DNA from: a virus
Direction: 5' to 3' (one strand)
IMG/VR virus record: IMGVR_UViG_3300046514_000858
Coordinates: 1-64,000 of that record
DNA: 64,000 bases
Part shown: piece after piece, positions 1-9,625 of the stretch
Layout of the letters: every line of letters starts with the position of its first letter
Numbering within the stretch: position 1 is the first letter of the stretch
Made by a program: the position numbers and the translations under genes
Notes under the pieces: generated by a model
What the model was told of the DNA's origin: nothing
The model's input: the letters and a program-made list of their open reading frames with translations, nothing else
The model's database searches: none

Positions 1-167
1 TTTCGCTGGAGCCCGACGTCGTCAAGGCGCGGGAGGCGCTGCAGGTCGCCGAGCGCCAGAGCTCGGAGGCGGCCCTGATCAAGGACGCCTATTACCATCG
101 CCTTCAGGCGCTCATCAGCCTGTCCGCCAACGTGCGCAAGGAACAGTCTCAGCAGTCGTCGACATAA
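1..167 (+). CDS. 3' end of probable UvsY-like recombination mediator (partial)
   Basis: Frame from base 3 reads ...ALIKDAYYHRLQALISLSANVRKEQ..* (TAA 165-167); helical C-terminus and position just before SSB/RecA. Confidence 0.4.
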   Translation, partial: SLEPDVVKAREALQVAERQSSEAALIKDAYYHRLQALISLSANVRKEQSQQSST

Positions 168-190
168 TTTCTAGATCAGGAGAAGAAACC

Positions 191-1231
191 GTGGCTTTCA
201 AAACGAACATGCAGTCCGTCCAGCAGCGCCGTGACGTGATCCTCCGCCAGCGCAAGGAGCGGGAGGACATGGCCAACTTCTTCGAGGTGCAGGAAGGCAA
301 CAACTTCGTGCGCATCCTGCCACCGTGGTCCGCGGCCGGGGAGTGGCGCAAGCAGGCCGCCTACCACTACGGCATCCGCGAGAAGGGCACGGTCGTCTGC
401 CTGCAGAAGGTGTACAACCAGCCCTGCCCCGTCTGCGCCGAGGTGGAGCAGCTCTACAAGATGAAGGACGACGAGGCGCGCAACCTCGCCAAGGACATGC
501 GGGCGAAGGATCGCTTCTTCTGCAACGTTCTCGACGCGTCGAAGTCCGACGGCAAGGTCATGATCCTCGCGTTCGGCCCCAAGCTGGAGGAGGACCTCAC
601 GACCATGATGTTCGGCGGCACGGGTCCCGACGGCACGTCCTCGTTCGGATGCGGTGACGTCACCGACATCCAGTCCGGCCGGATCCTGCAGATCACCAAG
701 AAGACCAACCCCAAGGACAAGAAGCTGACGGACTACGGCGTCACGCCCGACTCCGTCGCTCGCCCGCTGGCCAACGCCGACGCCATCTGCGCGAAGCTGC
801 ACGATCTCGACGTGCTGGTGAACAAGGACACCTTCACCTTCGAGCAGATCGTCGGCATGATGAACAAGACGGCCCCCGCCCCCGCCCCCGCGGCGGCAGC
901 TCCCCACGCCCCCGCGCCCGGCGGCTTCGGAGCTCTTCCGGCCCAGCAGAACCAGCAGCCCACGCCCTCGCCGAGCACGTTCGGCGCTCCGCCCCCGGCC
1001 GCTCCGCCGCGCATGACGTCGGAGTTCGTCGCCCCGGGCGGGTTCGGAGCCGCCCCGGCGCAGCCGCAGGCGCAGGCCGCCCCCGCGCCCTTCACGCCGC
1101 CCCCCGCGGCCCAGACCCAGCCCTTCAACGCCGAGGCCGCGGGTGTCGCCCCGGCGCAGCCGTCCAACGCGCTGGAGCGCCTGAAGCAGATGCAGCGCCA
1201 GCAGAACCAGCAGCCTCCGGCCGCCAAGTAA
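191..1231 (+). CDS. T4 gp32-like single-stranded DNA-binding protein
   Basis: N-x-VRILPP, VCL...CPVC zinc motif, Pro/Ala-rich tail; recombination-cluster context. Confidence 0.75.
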   Translation: MAFKTNMQSVQQRRDVILRQRKEREDMANFFEVQEGNNFVRILPPWSAAGEWRKQAAYHYGIREKGTVVCLQKVYNQPCPVCAEVEQLYKMKDDEARNLAKDMRAKDRFFCNVLDASKSDGKVMILAFGPKLEEDLTTMMFGGTGPDGTSSFGCGDVTDIQSGRILQITKKTNPKDKKLTDYGVTPDSVARPLANADAICAKLHDLDVLVNKDTFTFEQIVGMMNKTAPAPAPAAAAPHAPAPGGFGALPAQQNQQPTPSPSTFGAPPPAAPPRMTSEFVAPGGFGAAPAQPQAQAAPAPFTPPPAAQTQPFNAEAAGVAPAQPSNALERLKQMQRQQNQQPPAAK

Positions 1232-1249
1232 ACGTCCCTTTCCTGATCC

Positions 1250-1282
1250 GCTCGGCTCTCCGCGCCATCCGGAGAGCCGAGC
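1250..1282 (+). other. 13-bp perfect stem hairpin after the SSB gene
   Basis: GCTCGGCTCTCCG-cgccatc-CGGAGAGCCGAGC; no U-tract, so more likely an mRNA stabiliser or processing site than a terminator. Confidence 0.5.
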
Positions 1283-1301
1283 AATATTCTGGGAGACAGC
1301 C

Positions 1302-1658
1302 ATGGGTCCGACCGAGCTCAAGCCCGAAGAGTCCGTGTGCGCCGAAGCCGACCGCATTGTGGCGGGCGACCGCCGCGGGGACTACGGACATCCGCTCGAC
1401 GACTTCTGCCGCGGTGCGGTCCTGTGGAGCGCCATCATCGGCAAGCAGGTCAGCTACAAGCAGTACGCCCTCTGCATGGACGCGGTGAAGACCAGCCGCG
1501 AAATCAACAAGGAGAAGCGCGACAACCGCACCGACAAGTGCGGCTACACGAAGTGCCTCGACATGTGCTACTCCGAGGAGAAGCGCCGTCTGGCCGACGG
1601 ATGGACCTTCGACCCGTTCACCGGATGGTGGCACAAGCCCGAGGACAAGAAAGTCTAA
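1302..1658 (+). CDS. DUF6378-like phage protein
   Basis: EADRIVAGDRRGDYGHP...WS...VKTSR...DN..D..GY pattern. Confidence 0.7.
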   Translation: MGPTELKPEESVCAEADRIVAGDRRGDYGHPLDDFCRGAVLWSAIIGKQVSYKQYALCMDAVKTSREINKEKRDNRTDKCGYTKCLDMCYSEEKRRLADGWTFDPFTGWWHKPEDKKV

Positions 1659-1659
1659 G

Positions 1660-2013
1660 ATGAAAAAGCTCGTCTACGTCGCGGGCCCGATCTCGAAAGG
1701 GCCGTACTGGATCAACGTCCGGAACGGCATCGACATGGGTCAGAAGATCCGGCAGGCCGGGATGGTGCCTTTCATCCCTCACCTCGACTTCCTCTGGGTC
1801 CTGATCTATCCCGAGACGACGTGGGAGGACAATCTGGTGTACGACGAAGAGATCATCCTTCGTTGTCAGGCCATCTTGCGACTGCCCGGCGAATCCAAGG
1901 GAGCTGACCGCGAGGAAGCCTTCGCGCTCGCCCACGGCATCCCGGTGTTCCACGAATTCTGGGAATTGAAGCTGTGGAACGAGAACAACGCCGATCCCGA
2001 ATTCAAAACGTGA
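1660..2013 (+). CDS. Nucleoside 2-deoxyribosyltransferase-like (DUF1937/DUF4406-type) protein
   Basis: VYVAGP...PFIPH...RC..ILRLPGESKGADRE...GIPVF. Confidence 0.65.
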   Translation: MKKLVYVAGPISKGPYWINVRNGIDMGQKIRQAGMVPFIPHLDFLWVLIYPETTWEDNLVYDEEIILRCQAILRLPGESKGADREEAFALAHGIPVFHEFWELKLWNENNADPEFKT

Positions 2014-2014
2014 G

Positions 2015-3028
2015 ATGATGCCCAAGAAGACCGCCGAGAAGAGGCCCAAGGCCGAGAAGAAAGTCAAGGCCGAAAAGCCCGCCGAGAAGCCGAAGACTCT
2101 ACAGGCTTTCCTTTCCAACTTTCACCACGTCGAGCCGTTCATCTGGCAACCCTCCGGCATCGTCGGGTTGGATCTCGCCATCGGCGCGGGCATCCCCCGC
2201 GGGCGGACCATCGAAATCTTCGGAGCAGAAGGCAGCGGCAAGAGCCTCATGGGCTGGTCGATCCTGAAGAGCATCCAGAACGCAGGCGGCGAGACGATGC
2301 TGCTGGAGAACGAAGCGACCGCTCCGCAGAAGTTCATGCGGCTGGTCGGAATGAACATGGAGCGCCTCGTCTACGAGCGCCCGGAGACCGTCGAGGAGTT
2401 CCGCGACACGACCGTCCGCTACGTGACCGGCGTGCGCAAGTTCACCAAGGCCCCCATCGGCATCATGCTCGACAGCATCGCCGGGGCCAGCGCCGAGAAG
2501 GAGTGGACCGACGAGGACGCCGAAGACATGGGCGGCGAGCGACCTCGTGATCAGGACATGGCGAGCAAGGCCATGGCCCTCTCCAATTTCTTCAAGCAGC
2601 ACACGGTCTGGATGGCCGAGAACGACGTTACGCTGATCTGCATCAACCAGCTCCGCGACAAGCCCGGCGTGAAGTTCGGCCGGACCAGCGATTCGCCCGG
2701 CGGGCGGGCGCTCAAGTTCTTCTCCTCCGTTCGGATCGAGCTCTACAAGGGCAAGGTCTTCGAGCGCGGCGGAGCGGAAGCGGGCTGTGATTGTGTCATG
2801 CGCGTCGAGAAGAACAAGTGCGCGCAGCCTCATCGCAAGACGACGCTGCGCATCAACTACAACGTCGGGTACGACCCGCACTTCGGCGCGCTGGACATGC
2901 TGGTTCAGGCCGGGCGCGTATCGGTCGAGCGGCCCGGCGTCTTCAAGGTCGGCGAGGAGACGTTCGCCGAGAAAGAGCTCCCGGATGTCCTGATCAAACA
3001 CCCCGAACTATTGGAGCCATGGCAGTGA
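2015..3028 (+). CDS. recA: RecA/UvsX recombinase
   Basis: GIPRGRTIEIFGAEGSGKS Walker A, LDSIA Walker B, INQLR, PGGRALKFFSSVRI, KNK. Confidence 0.93.
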   Translation: MMPKKTAEKRPKAEKKVKAEKPAEKPKTLQAFLSNFHHVEPFIWQPSGIVGLDLAIGAGIPRGRTIEIFGAEGSGKSLMGWSILKSIQNAGGETMLLENEATAPQKFMRLVGMNMERLVYERPETVEEFRDTTVRYVTGVRKFTKAPIGIMLDSIAGASAEKEWTDEDAEDMGGERPRDQDMASKAMALSNFFKQHTVWMAENDVTLICINQLRDKPGVKFGRTSDSPGGRALKFFSSVRIELYKGKVFERGGAEAGCDCVMRVEKNKCAQPHRKTTLRINYNVGYDPHFGALDMLVQAGRVSVERPGVFKVGEETFAEKELPDVLIKHPELLEPWQ

Positions 3029-3297
3029 TGACGAACTACAACATCTACAGGGTGACATACTTCTACAGCGCCCGCTGCGGCCGGGATACCACGTCGGAAA
3101 TCTCCGACAAGGCAACCGTCCGCGTCATCGCCCGCGACTTCGTACGAGCCATCAAGGGCGCGAAGCAGCAGTGCAAGGAGGAATGGAACATCCCCGAGAC
3201 CGACGAGCACGACCACAAGACGGGTCGGCACTACAACATGTGCCACTTCGAGGTCGACTCTGTGGAGAAAGAGAAGGACGGGGAGGTCTGGCTGTGA
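3028..3297 (+). CDS. hypothetical protein
   Basis: ATG overlaps the recA stop (TGATG); stop overlaps the sbcD start. Confidence 0.6.
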   Translation: MTNYNIYRVTYFYSARCGRDTTSEISDKATVRVIARDFVRAIKGAKQQCKEEWNIPETDEHDHKTGRHYNMCHFEVDSVEKEKDGEVWL

Positions 3298-4421
3298 AGA
3301 TCGCCGTCTTCTCAGACATCCATTTCCATCCGTTCCCGACTTTCGCCAAGGTCGGCGCGGATGGTCTGAACTCCCGACTGCAGCACACCTTCGACCGCGC
3401 CCGCGACATCGTGCGGATTGCGCGGGAGCAGGAGTGCGATGCCATTCTCTTCGGCGGGGATCTCTTCCATACGAAGAAGATCGACGCTGAGACCATCGAC
3501 ATTGCCGAACGAGCTTTTGCTGATTGTAGGATTCCCATCATCGGAGTGCCCGGCAATCACGACATGGCCACATTCGGCCCCGGGGCGCGGCACTCGGCCC
3601 GCGCCTTGTCGAAGCATATCCGTTGGTTGGATGGTACGGATCAATATGGGCGGAGCGCCGACATCACGATCTACGCCAGTCAGTCGAATCAGCAGACAGT
3701 GAAGGTATGGGGCATCCCATACGTTCATGACAAGAATCTGCTGCTGCAGGAGCTCGACAAGGTGCCCAAGGGGACCGACATCCTCTTGATGCACTGCGGC
3801 TTCGCGGGCGGATTCATGGGAAGCGACTACATCGCCGACCTCGGCGATTGCATCGACTACTTCTCGTGCAACGGCAAGGCCGATCTCGTCGTGTCCGGAC
3901 ACTTCCACCAGCCCCAGCTCATCACATGGAACGAGAAGGGCGACGTGAAGAACGACCGGCCGAGTGCGAACGGCCCGCAGTTCGGACGATGGGAGAAGGG
4001 CCGCGGCATCCTCGTGCCGGGCTCGCCCGAGCAGCATACGTGGGGCGACAAGGGATCGGCCCGCGGCTTCTGGATCGTGGACGTCACCGAGCGCAAAGCC
4101 CACTTCCAGCACCTCATGTCGCCGGAGTTCGTGGAGATTGACAAGGACTGGATGAGTACCGGCGCATCCATGAAGCACAATCAGTACGTGCGAGTGATAG
4201 GGACGCCCTCCGATGCCGATCTCACAGAGCTCAAGATGTGCACGCCGCATCTCGTCATCGAGGCCGCGCCGACGTCGATCACGCGCCCGCAGCGTTCCTT
4301 CGAGGTCGCTGTGGGAGATGCTCCGGGCGCACTGGTTCAGAAGTACGTCGCTGCGTCCGGCACCCCGCTGGATCAGGAGCGACTGATCAAGGAAGGGAAG
4401 AGGCTACTCGGATGCAACTGA
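3294..4421 (+). CDS. sbcD: SbcD/Mre11 (gp47-like) metallophosphoesterase nuclease
   Basis: SDIH, GGDLFH, PGNHD, GHFH, PGSP motifs; GTG start at 3294. Confidence 0.9.
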   Translation: MKIAVFSDIHFHPFPTFAKVGADGLNSRLQHTFDRARDIVRIAREQECDAILFGGDLFHTKKIDAETIDIAERAFADCRIPIIGVPGNHDMATFGPGARHSARALSKHIRWLDGTDQYGRSADITIYASQSNQQTVKVWGIPYVHDKNLLLQELDKVPKGTDILLMHCGFAGGFMGSDYIADLGDCIDYFSCNGKADLVVSGHFHQPQLITWNEKGDVKNDRPSANGPQFGRWEKGRGILVPGSPEQHTWGDKGSARGFWIVDVTERKAHFQHLMSPEFVEIDKDWMSTGASMKHNQYVRVIGTPSDADLTELKMCTPHLVIEAAPTSITRPQRSFEVAVGDAPGALVQKYVAASGTPLDQERLIKEGKRLLGCN

Positions 4422-6448
4422 AGACGCTGATCCTCGAAGACTTCCTGAGCTACAAGAGCGAGACCGTCGAATTCCCGACCGGCCTTGTCGCGGTCGTCGG
4501 CCACAATCACGACAGCGCAGGCAGCGGCTCGAACGGCGGCGGCAAGTCCGCTCTCTTCGACGCCGTGACGTGGGCGATCTACGGCAAGACTCTCCGGGAC
4601 ATCGGCACGGACGACGTGATCCGGATCGGGGAGAAGGCGTGCGAGGTCGCGCTGTCCTTCGAGCTGGACGGCGAGACCTATTTCATTCAGCGCAAGCGCA
4701 GCCGCAGCACCGAGCTGGTGTTCCTCCGCGGGCAAACCGATCTGTCCCAGTCCCAGCTCGCGCTGACGCAGGAGAAGATCGACCAGACCATCGGCATGGA
4801 CTACGCCATGTTCCGCACCGTCGCCACGTTTCAGGGCGATGCATTGCGGTTCGCCAACGCGACCGACAAGGAGCAGAAGGAGATCCTCGAAAAGCTCATG
4901 GGGCTGGAGGATTACGCGAAGGCCCTCGACGTCGCCCGGCGTGAGCTGAACCAGATCGTCCCCCGGATCGCCGCCAAGGTTCAGATCGTCGAGCAGGAGA
5001 AGGGCCTCCTCAAGATCCGCGCGGGCGAGATTCTCAAGCTGCAGATCCAGCAGGACGAGGCGCGCCGCAAGATGGCGCAGGCCGTCGACAGCATCAAGGA
5101 CAAGGTCAACGCGTGCAATGAAAACATCGCCCGGAACAATGCGGAGATCCTCAGCAACAAACACCTACGGACTCAGTGCGAAGCCAATTTGGCAGCGCTC
5201 GGCGGCGGAGACGATTCGTTCTATCGCGAGCTGGCCGAGGCGAAGAGCCATCACCGCTTCCATCTGAACTCCAAGGTGACCGCCGACCGCGAGGTGGCCC
5301 GCCTGAATCAGGAGTTGGCCCGGGTGCAGGCCCGCGTCGGGACGCCCTGCGGCGAGTGCGCCCGCAAGATCGAGGCCGCGCAGGTCGAGGCGCTGGCCAA
5401 CTCTCTGGCCGAGAAGATCATCGCCCAGATGGACGAATCCGCCGCCGCTCAGACCAAGATCGATTCGGCCGCCATCAGGGTCAACGAGCTGGAACAGAAG
5501 GAGAAGGCTTTCAGCGACGCCCTCGCGCTCGCCGCCCAGAAGCGAAACGAGGTCGTCAGTCAGATGCAGAACTACAGCCGTCGTAACGACGTGCTGGAGT
5601 CGGAGAATCGCGAGCTGACGGCTGTCATGGAGAGCCACCGCCGCTCGAAGCTGCAGATGGAGAACGAAGTCACGAACTACGACGGCCGGATCAAGGATGC
5701 CCAGAAGCGACTCGACGACGCCGAGAAGCTCATCGCCGAACGCTCGAAGGAGATCGAGCAGGAGCAGGAGCAGGCCGAGTATCTGAAGTTCTGGGAGAAG
5801 GGTTTCGGTTTCAGCGGCATCCGCTCCATGCTCCTCGACGGCATCGCCGAGAAGCTGACCGAGGAGACAAACCGGTACCTCAAGATCCTGTCCAGCGGCA
5901 CGCAGTGGTGCGAGTTCACCACCCAGTCGACCACCAAGGACGGGGAGATGCGCGAGAAGTTCGCGGTCAAGGTCTTCAACCAGCACGGGGCCGCGACGTA
6001 CGCGGGCAACAGCGCCGGAGAGCGCAAGCGCGTCGACATCGCGGTGGCCCTCGCCCTGCACAATCTTGCCCGGCACCGCGCGAGCCGGTGTCTGGGCTTC
6101 GCCATCATGGATGAGCTCTTCGAGTGCCTCGACGAGATGGGATGCGAGAGTGTCGTGAATCTGCTACGCACCGAGAAGGATCAGCTCGGGACGATCTTCG
6201 TCGTGTCCCACAATCCGGCCATGGGGACACGTTTCGGAGCGACCATCGAAGTGGCCAAGAAGGACGGCATCACGTCCATCGTTCACCGAGAGAAAGCGAC
6301 AGCACCATGCGCCGAATCAAAGCCCAGCTCCACTTCAACGAAAAAGGAGAAGTCGTCGCCGCGTTCCCCAAAGGGTACGCGTGCACCAAAAACGAGCTCT
6401 CCGAAGACTGGATCACCACAAGAGACGGCTTCATCGAAGTCCCCCTGA
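4412..6448 (+). CDS. sbcC: SbcC/Rad50 (gp46-like) ATPase
   Basis: NGGGKS Walker A, CGEC zinc hook in coiled coil, SAGE signature, IMDE Walker B, VSH. Confidence 0.92.
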   Translation: MQLKTLILEDFLSYKSETVEFPTGLVAVVGHNHDSAGSGSNGGGKSALFDAVTWAIYGKTLRDIGTDDVIRIGEKACEVALSFELDGETYFIQRKRSRSTELVFLRGQTDLSQSQLALTQEKIDQTIGMDYAMFRTVATFQGDALRFANATDKEQKEILEKLMGLEDYAKALDVARRELNQIVPRIAAKVQIVEQEKGLLKIRAGEILKLQIQQDEARRKMAQAVDSIKDKVNACNENIARNNAEILSNKHLRTQCEANLAALGGGDDSFYRELAEAKSHHRFHLNSKVTADREVARLNQELARVQARVGTPCGECARKIEAAQVEALANSLAEKIIAQMDESAAAQTKIDSAAIRVNELEQKEKAFSDALALAAQKRNEVVSQMQNYSRRNDVLESENRELTAVMESHRRSKLQMENEVTNYDGRIKDAQKRLDDAEKLIAERSKEIEQEQEQAEYLKFWEKGFGFSGIRSMLLDGIAEKLTEETNRYLKILSSGTQWCEFTTQSTTKDGEMREKFAVKVFNQHGAATYAGNSAGERKRVDIAVALALHNLARHRASRCLGFAIMDELFECLDEMGCESVVNLLRTEKDQLGTIFVVSHNPAMGTRFGATIEVAKKDGITSIVHREKATAPCAESKPSSTSTKKEKSSPRSPKGTRAPKTSSPKTGSPQETASSKSP

Positions 6449-6942
6449 AGAAGGGGACCGGCCGCTCCAAGGGTAACGGCTTCGAGATCATCGTCGCGAA
6501 GGCGTTCTCGACGTGGTTGTACGGCAACGACAAGGTGATGCGTCGCACCCCGCTGTCCGGCGGCTGGGGATCCGGCAAGCTGGGCGACATCACGATGGAC
6601 CCGGCGCTCGCGCAGGACCTCAAGCTCGTGCCGCCCAAGGTCTACGTCGAGTGCAAGAACTACGCCGACCTGCTACAGCACTCCTTCTTCCGCTGGCAGT
6701 GCTCCGGCGACGCGGGTCTGATCGGCGGCTGGATCGCGGACACCGCCATGAAGGCGAAGGGCATGCCGTGGTTCCTCGTCATGAAGGGCAACGGCACCGA
6801 CGCGTGGATTCTGACGCCAGAAATTCCGACGCCCCTATTCGACAGCATCCGGATTGATCACAAGGGGAAGCACTACTGGATGGTCCCGCTCGTGTCGCTG
6901 CAGTCTGCTTTCGATCACATCAAGACCAAGCTCATCGGGTGA
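6307..6942 (+). CDS. PD-(D/E)XK Holliday-junction resolvase
   Basis: SKGNGFE...RTPLSGG...GDI...VECKN. Confidence 0.75.
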   Translation: MRRIKAQLHFNEKGEVVAAFPKGYACTKNELSEDWITTRDGFIEVPLKKGTGRSKGNGFEIIVAKAFSTWLYGNDKVMRRTPLSGGWGSGKLGDITMDPALAQDLKLVPPKVYVECKNYADLLQHSFFRWQCSGDAGLIGGWIADTAMKAKGMPWFLVMKGNGTDAWILTPEIPTPLFDSIRIDHKGKHYWMVPLVSLQSAFDHIKTKLIG

Positions 6943-6945
6943 ACC

Positions 6946-7581
6946 ATGGCCTACTCCGTCGACATTCCGCGCCTTGAGTCTGTCTTCACCAAGCTCCGCA
7001 AGGACCCGAAGGACCAGCAGGGTCTCGTGGATCTTTGGGATCTTCTGAAGCCGATCATCAACCTCACGGTCGAGCGCTTCCCCGCCCACATGCATGACGA
7101 CATGGGGCAGGAGATCCGGATGTTCCTCATGAAGCGCGCGGCCTACCTGTCGAAGGCGTACTTCGACGGGAAGATCAAGAACCCCACGAACTACCTCTTT
7201 CGCGTCTGCTTCAACGCGGGCATCAACTACTACAAGAAGGAAGCGAAGACCGAGGACCACCTGATGCCCCTCGACGATCTGAAGATGGAGCCGATCTACA
7301 GGCACACCAACGCGCGCAAGGACAAGATCATCACCGAGATCCGGGAGGAGACGCAGGCGTTCATCAAGATGCACTTCCGCAAGCCCAACCAGCGTCAGAC
7401 GGCCGAGCGCTTCATGGTGGCGATGCTCCGCGGCGAGCGGCCCAGCTTCACGACCTTGAAGGTCTCCAAGTTCGCGAAGGCCACCCAGCGCCCGGCGAAG
7501 GACACCTTCAGCATCGTGCAGATCAAGATCCGGGAGCTGATGGCCAAGCGGATCAACGAGCTGCTGGATCAGGACGAGTAA
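6946..7581 (+). CDS. phage sigma-70/ECF-like RNA polymerase sigma factor
   Basis: Region-2-like DDMGQE...NYLFRVCFNAGINYYKK; size 211 aa. Confidence 0.6.
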   Translation: MAYSVDIPRLESVFTKLRKDPKDQQGLVDLWDLLKPIINLTVERFPAHMHDDMGQEIRMFLMKRAAYLSKAYFDGKIKNPTNYLFRVCFNAGINYYKKEAKTEDHLMPLDDLKMEPIYRHTNARKDKIITEIREETQAFIKMHFRKPNQRQTAERFMVAMLRGERPSFTTLKVSKFAKATQRPAKDTFSIVQIKIRELMAKRINELLDQDE

Positions 7582-7602
7582 CTGCTGCGTCGCAGCGTTC
7601 TT
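7578..7602 (+). promoter_or_regulatory. Class II (middle?) promoter RTWWY-N13-CGTTCYT, representative copy
   Basis: CGTTCYT at 7596, 9612, 9987, 14279, 16587, 23732, 26618, 28852, 28944, 32276, 34735, 38077, 43640 (+) and 42152, 43621 (-); usually 6-7 nt before ATG/GTG. Confidence 0.75.
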
Positions 7603-7609
7603 ATCTGTT

Positions 7610-8032
7610 ATGGAAAAACTTCTCACCGACCACCAGAGACAGATCGTCGATACCTGCGACTACCTCGATCTGGTTTCCTTCCGCAACCCCCAGCACAACA
7701 TCCTGAACCTGCGAGACATCGTCGGCGACGAGAAGTACTTGACCCTGATGGACAAGTTCGCCGGGAACTACACCCGCTTCCCCACGGCCAAGAATGCGCT
7801 GGAAGCCGTCGACGATCTGATCCTCATCACGCTGTGGGAGGATCTGAACGACAAGAAGAAGAACGGCACGACCGACCAGTGGAACGCGGCCGAGGCCGTC
7901 TTCATCAAGCACGGTCAGAAGATGGGGCTCAAGTTCATCAACGCCAAGCGCCGGGCCCGGGCCGTCACCAAGGAGCTGGTGCAGGCGCGCAACTGGGTGA
8001 ACGATCATGAGAAGAAGGGCACGGAGCATTGA
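7610..8032 (+). CDS. possible Mor/C-family transcription activator
   Basis: IVGDEKYLTLMDKFAGNYTRFP resembles the Mor G-x-E...L..FGG..Y.P motif; adjacent to the sigma gene. Confidence 0.35.
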   Translation: MEKLLTDHQRQIVDTCDYLDLVSFRNPQHNILNLRDIVGDEKYLTLMDKFAGNYTRFPTAKNALEAVDDLILITLWEDLNDKKKNGTTDQWNAAEAVFIKHGQKMGLKFINAKRRARAVTKELVQARNWVNDHEKKGTEH

Positions 8033-8115
8033 TGGATCCAGTACGAGAATGTCCACGTCCCGGGGCAAGACCCGACGATGAGGCGTTTCGAATGGTGGCA
8101 GAATGCAAGGAGATA

Positions 8116-8433
8116 ATGATGAACGACACGAAACAACTTGGGATGATCTGCCTTACGATCCTTCTGTGCGCAGCAATGATCCTCTGCGGGGTCTCGATCA
8201 GCATCAAGAGCGATGTCGCGCACCTGAAGACCGAGAACGAGAAGCTGACGCAGAGCGTCTTCTCGCTGGAGTCCCGCGAGCGCAGCTCGTCATCGGAAGC
8301 GAAGAAATACAAGGATCAGTACGACGAGATGATCCTTCGGCTGGAAACGAAGCTGGGCAAGGCGGAGAGCGTCGTCGACAAGATCATGAAGATGTCGCTG
8401 GCCGAGCTCAAGAAGATCGCAGAGGAGCGTTGA
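8116..8433 (+). CDS. membrane-anchored coiled-coil protein
   Basis: AAGGAG RBS, N-terminal hydrophobic helix, heptad-rich C-terminus. Confidence 0.6.
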   Translation: MMNDTKQLGMICLTILLCAAMILCGVSISIKSDVAHLKTENEKLTQSVFSLESRERSSSSEAKKYKDQYDEMILRLETKLGKAESVVDKIMKMSLAELKKIAEER

Positions 8434-8435
8434 TC

Positions 8436-8645
8436 ATGGACTTTCCGTACAAGTGCTTTCACGTCGTGATCTCGCTGCTGATCTGGGCCGTCGCAGCTCT
8501 CGTGCTGTGCTTCCCGATCCGCGTGATCTGGAACCATTCCATCTTCCATGGCGCGCCCGTTGGCTGCGTCACGTCATTCTGTTCCCTGCTCATCGTGGGA
8601 TGGATCGTCGTGTTGCTGCGCAAGCCTCCTGAACGAAAGGTCTAA
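8436..8645 (+). CDS. small two-TM membrane protein
   Basis: Two hydrophobic stretches; packed into the operon. Confidence 0.5.
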   Translation: MDFPYKCFHVVISLLIWAVAALVLCFPIRVIWNHSIFHGAPVGCVTSFCSLLIVGWIVVLLRKPPERKV

Positions 8646-8646
8646 G

Positions 8647-8955
8647 ATGCCATACATCGATCCCGCCCGCCGTCCCGAGCTGAACGATCACATGAAGCGT
8701 CTGGAGCAGGTCGTCAAGAACCCGGGCGATCTCAACTATGTGATCACCCGTCTGCTCGTGGGAATCCTCAAGGAGCGCCGCTTCCGGAATGGGCGCTGGG
8801 GCTACACCGACATCAACGAGCTCGTCGGCGCGATGGAATGCGCAAAGCTGGAGCTCTACCGCCGGGCTGCCGCGCCGTACGAGAACCTCAAGATGTCCGA
8901 GAACGGCGATGTCTACGACGATCTCTTCCCCAACGAATTTATGGAGAAGCCATGA
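8647..8955 (+). CDS. DUF6899-like phage protein
   Basis: MPYI...R...GDLNYVIT...GAMECAKLELYRR.AAPYE..K...NGDVY. Confidence 0.7.
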   Translation: MPYIDPARRPELNDHMKRLEQVVKNPGDLNYVITRLLVGILKERRFRNGRWGYTDINELVGAMECAKLELYRRAAAPYENLKMSENGDVYDDLFPNEFMEKP

Positions 8956-9344
8956 CCCGCACCGAAAGGCTCGACAAGATCATGTCCACGTTCTCCCTGC
9001 GCAAGGGGGAATGGGTGGAGTCCGAGAAGATGTTCTGCTGCGAGGCCGCGGTCAACATCGAGAAGGCTCAGCATCGTCTCATCAGCCGATGCTACATCTT
9101 GCCCGATGCATTCGATGATCCCGATCTGATGCTCATGCTGACGGATCGACTCAAGACCACCCTTCGCCTCTCGGCCGCGCTCTACATCGACGAGTCGGGA
9201 GAGAAGACGGTCCGGGCGGACGAGGCCGCGGAGCTCTTCCAGAATCCCAACTTCCGGGATCTCGGCAAATACTTCGAGGGCGAACTCATCGACGAAGGTG
9301 AGATCGGCACGATGGATGGCGTCCGGTACTTCGTCGGACAATAG
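8952..9344 (+). CDS. hypothetical protein with capsid-like C-terminal segment
   Basis: ATGA-coupled start; C-terminus LGKY...I..GEIG..DGV. Confidence 0.6.
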   Translation: MTRTERLDKIMSTFSLRKGEWVESEKMFCCEAAVNIEKAQHRLISRCYILPDAFDDPDLMLMLTDRLKTTLRLSAALYIDESGEKTVRADEAAELFQNPNFRDLGKYFEGELIDEGEIGTMDGVRYFVGQ

Positions 9345-9352
9345 GGGGCATC

Positions 9353-9595
9353 ATGAGCGATGTCATCAACAATCCCGCCCACTATGGCGGCAAGGACAAT
9401 CCCTTCGAAGTGATCAAGGTGCTCCGCGCGTGGGGCATGTTCGCCAACGCGCTTCGCTTCAATACCATCAAGTACCTCGCCCGGGCCGGGAAGAAGGACG
9501 ATCTGCTCCAAGACCTCAAGAAAGCCAAGTACTACTTGGAGGCGGAGATCGCCGAGCTGGAGATCGAGCGCGCCAAATCCGCTCCGCCAGTGTAA
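9353..9595 (+). CDS. DUF3310 protein
   Basis: INNPAHY...NTIKYLARAGKK...QDLKKA.YYL. Confidence 0.85.
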   Translation: MSDVINNPAHYGGKDNPFEVIKVLRAWGMFANALRFNTIKYLARAGKKDDLLQDLKKAKYYLEAEIAELEIERAKSAPPV

Positions 9596-9625
9596 TTGTC
9601 TGGATATCGCGCGTTCCTATAGGGC

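Noticed and set aside
8116-8645. TM plus coiled-coil ORF and two-TM ORF as a spanin/holin lysis cassette
   Set aside because: No endolysin or overlapping lipoprotein nearby and no late motif; insufficient support
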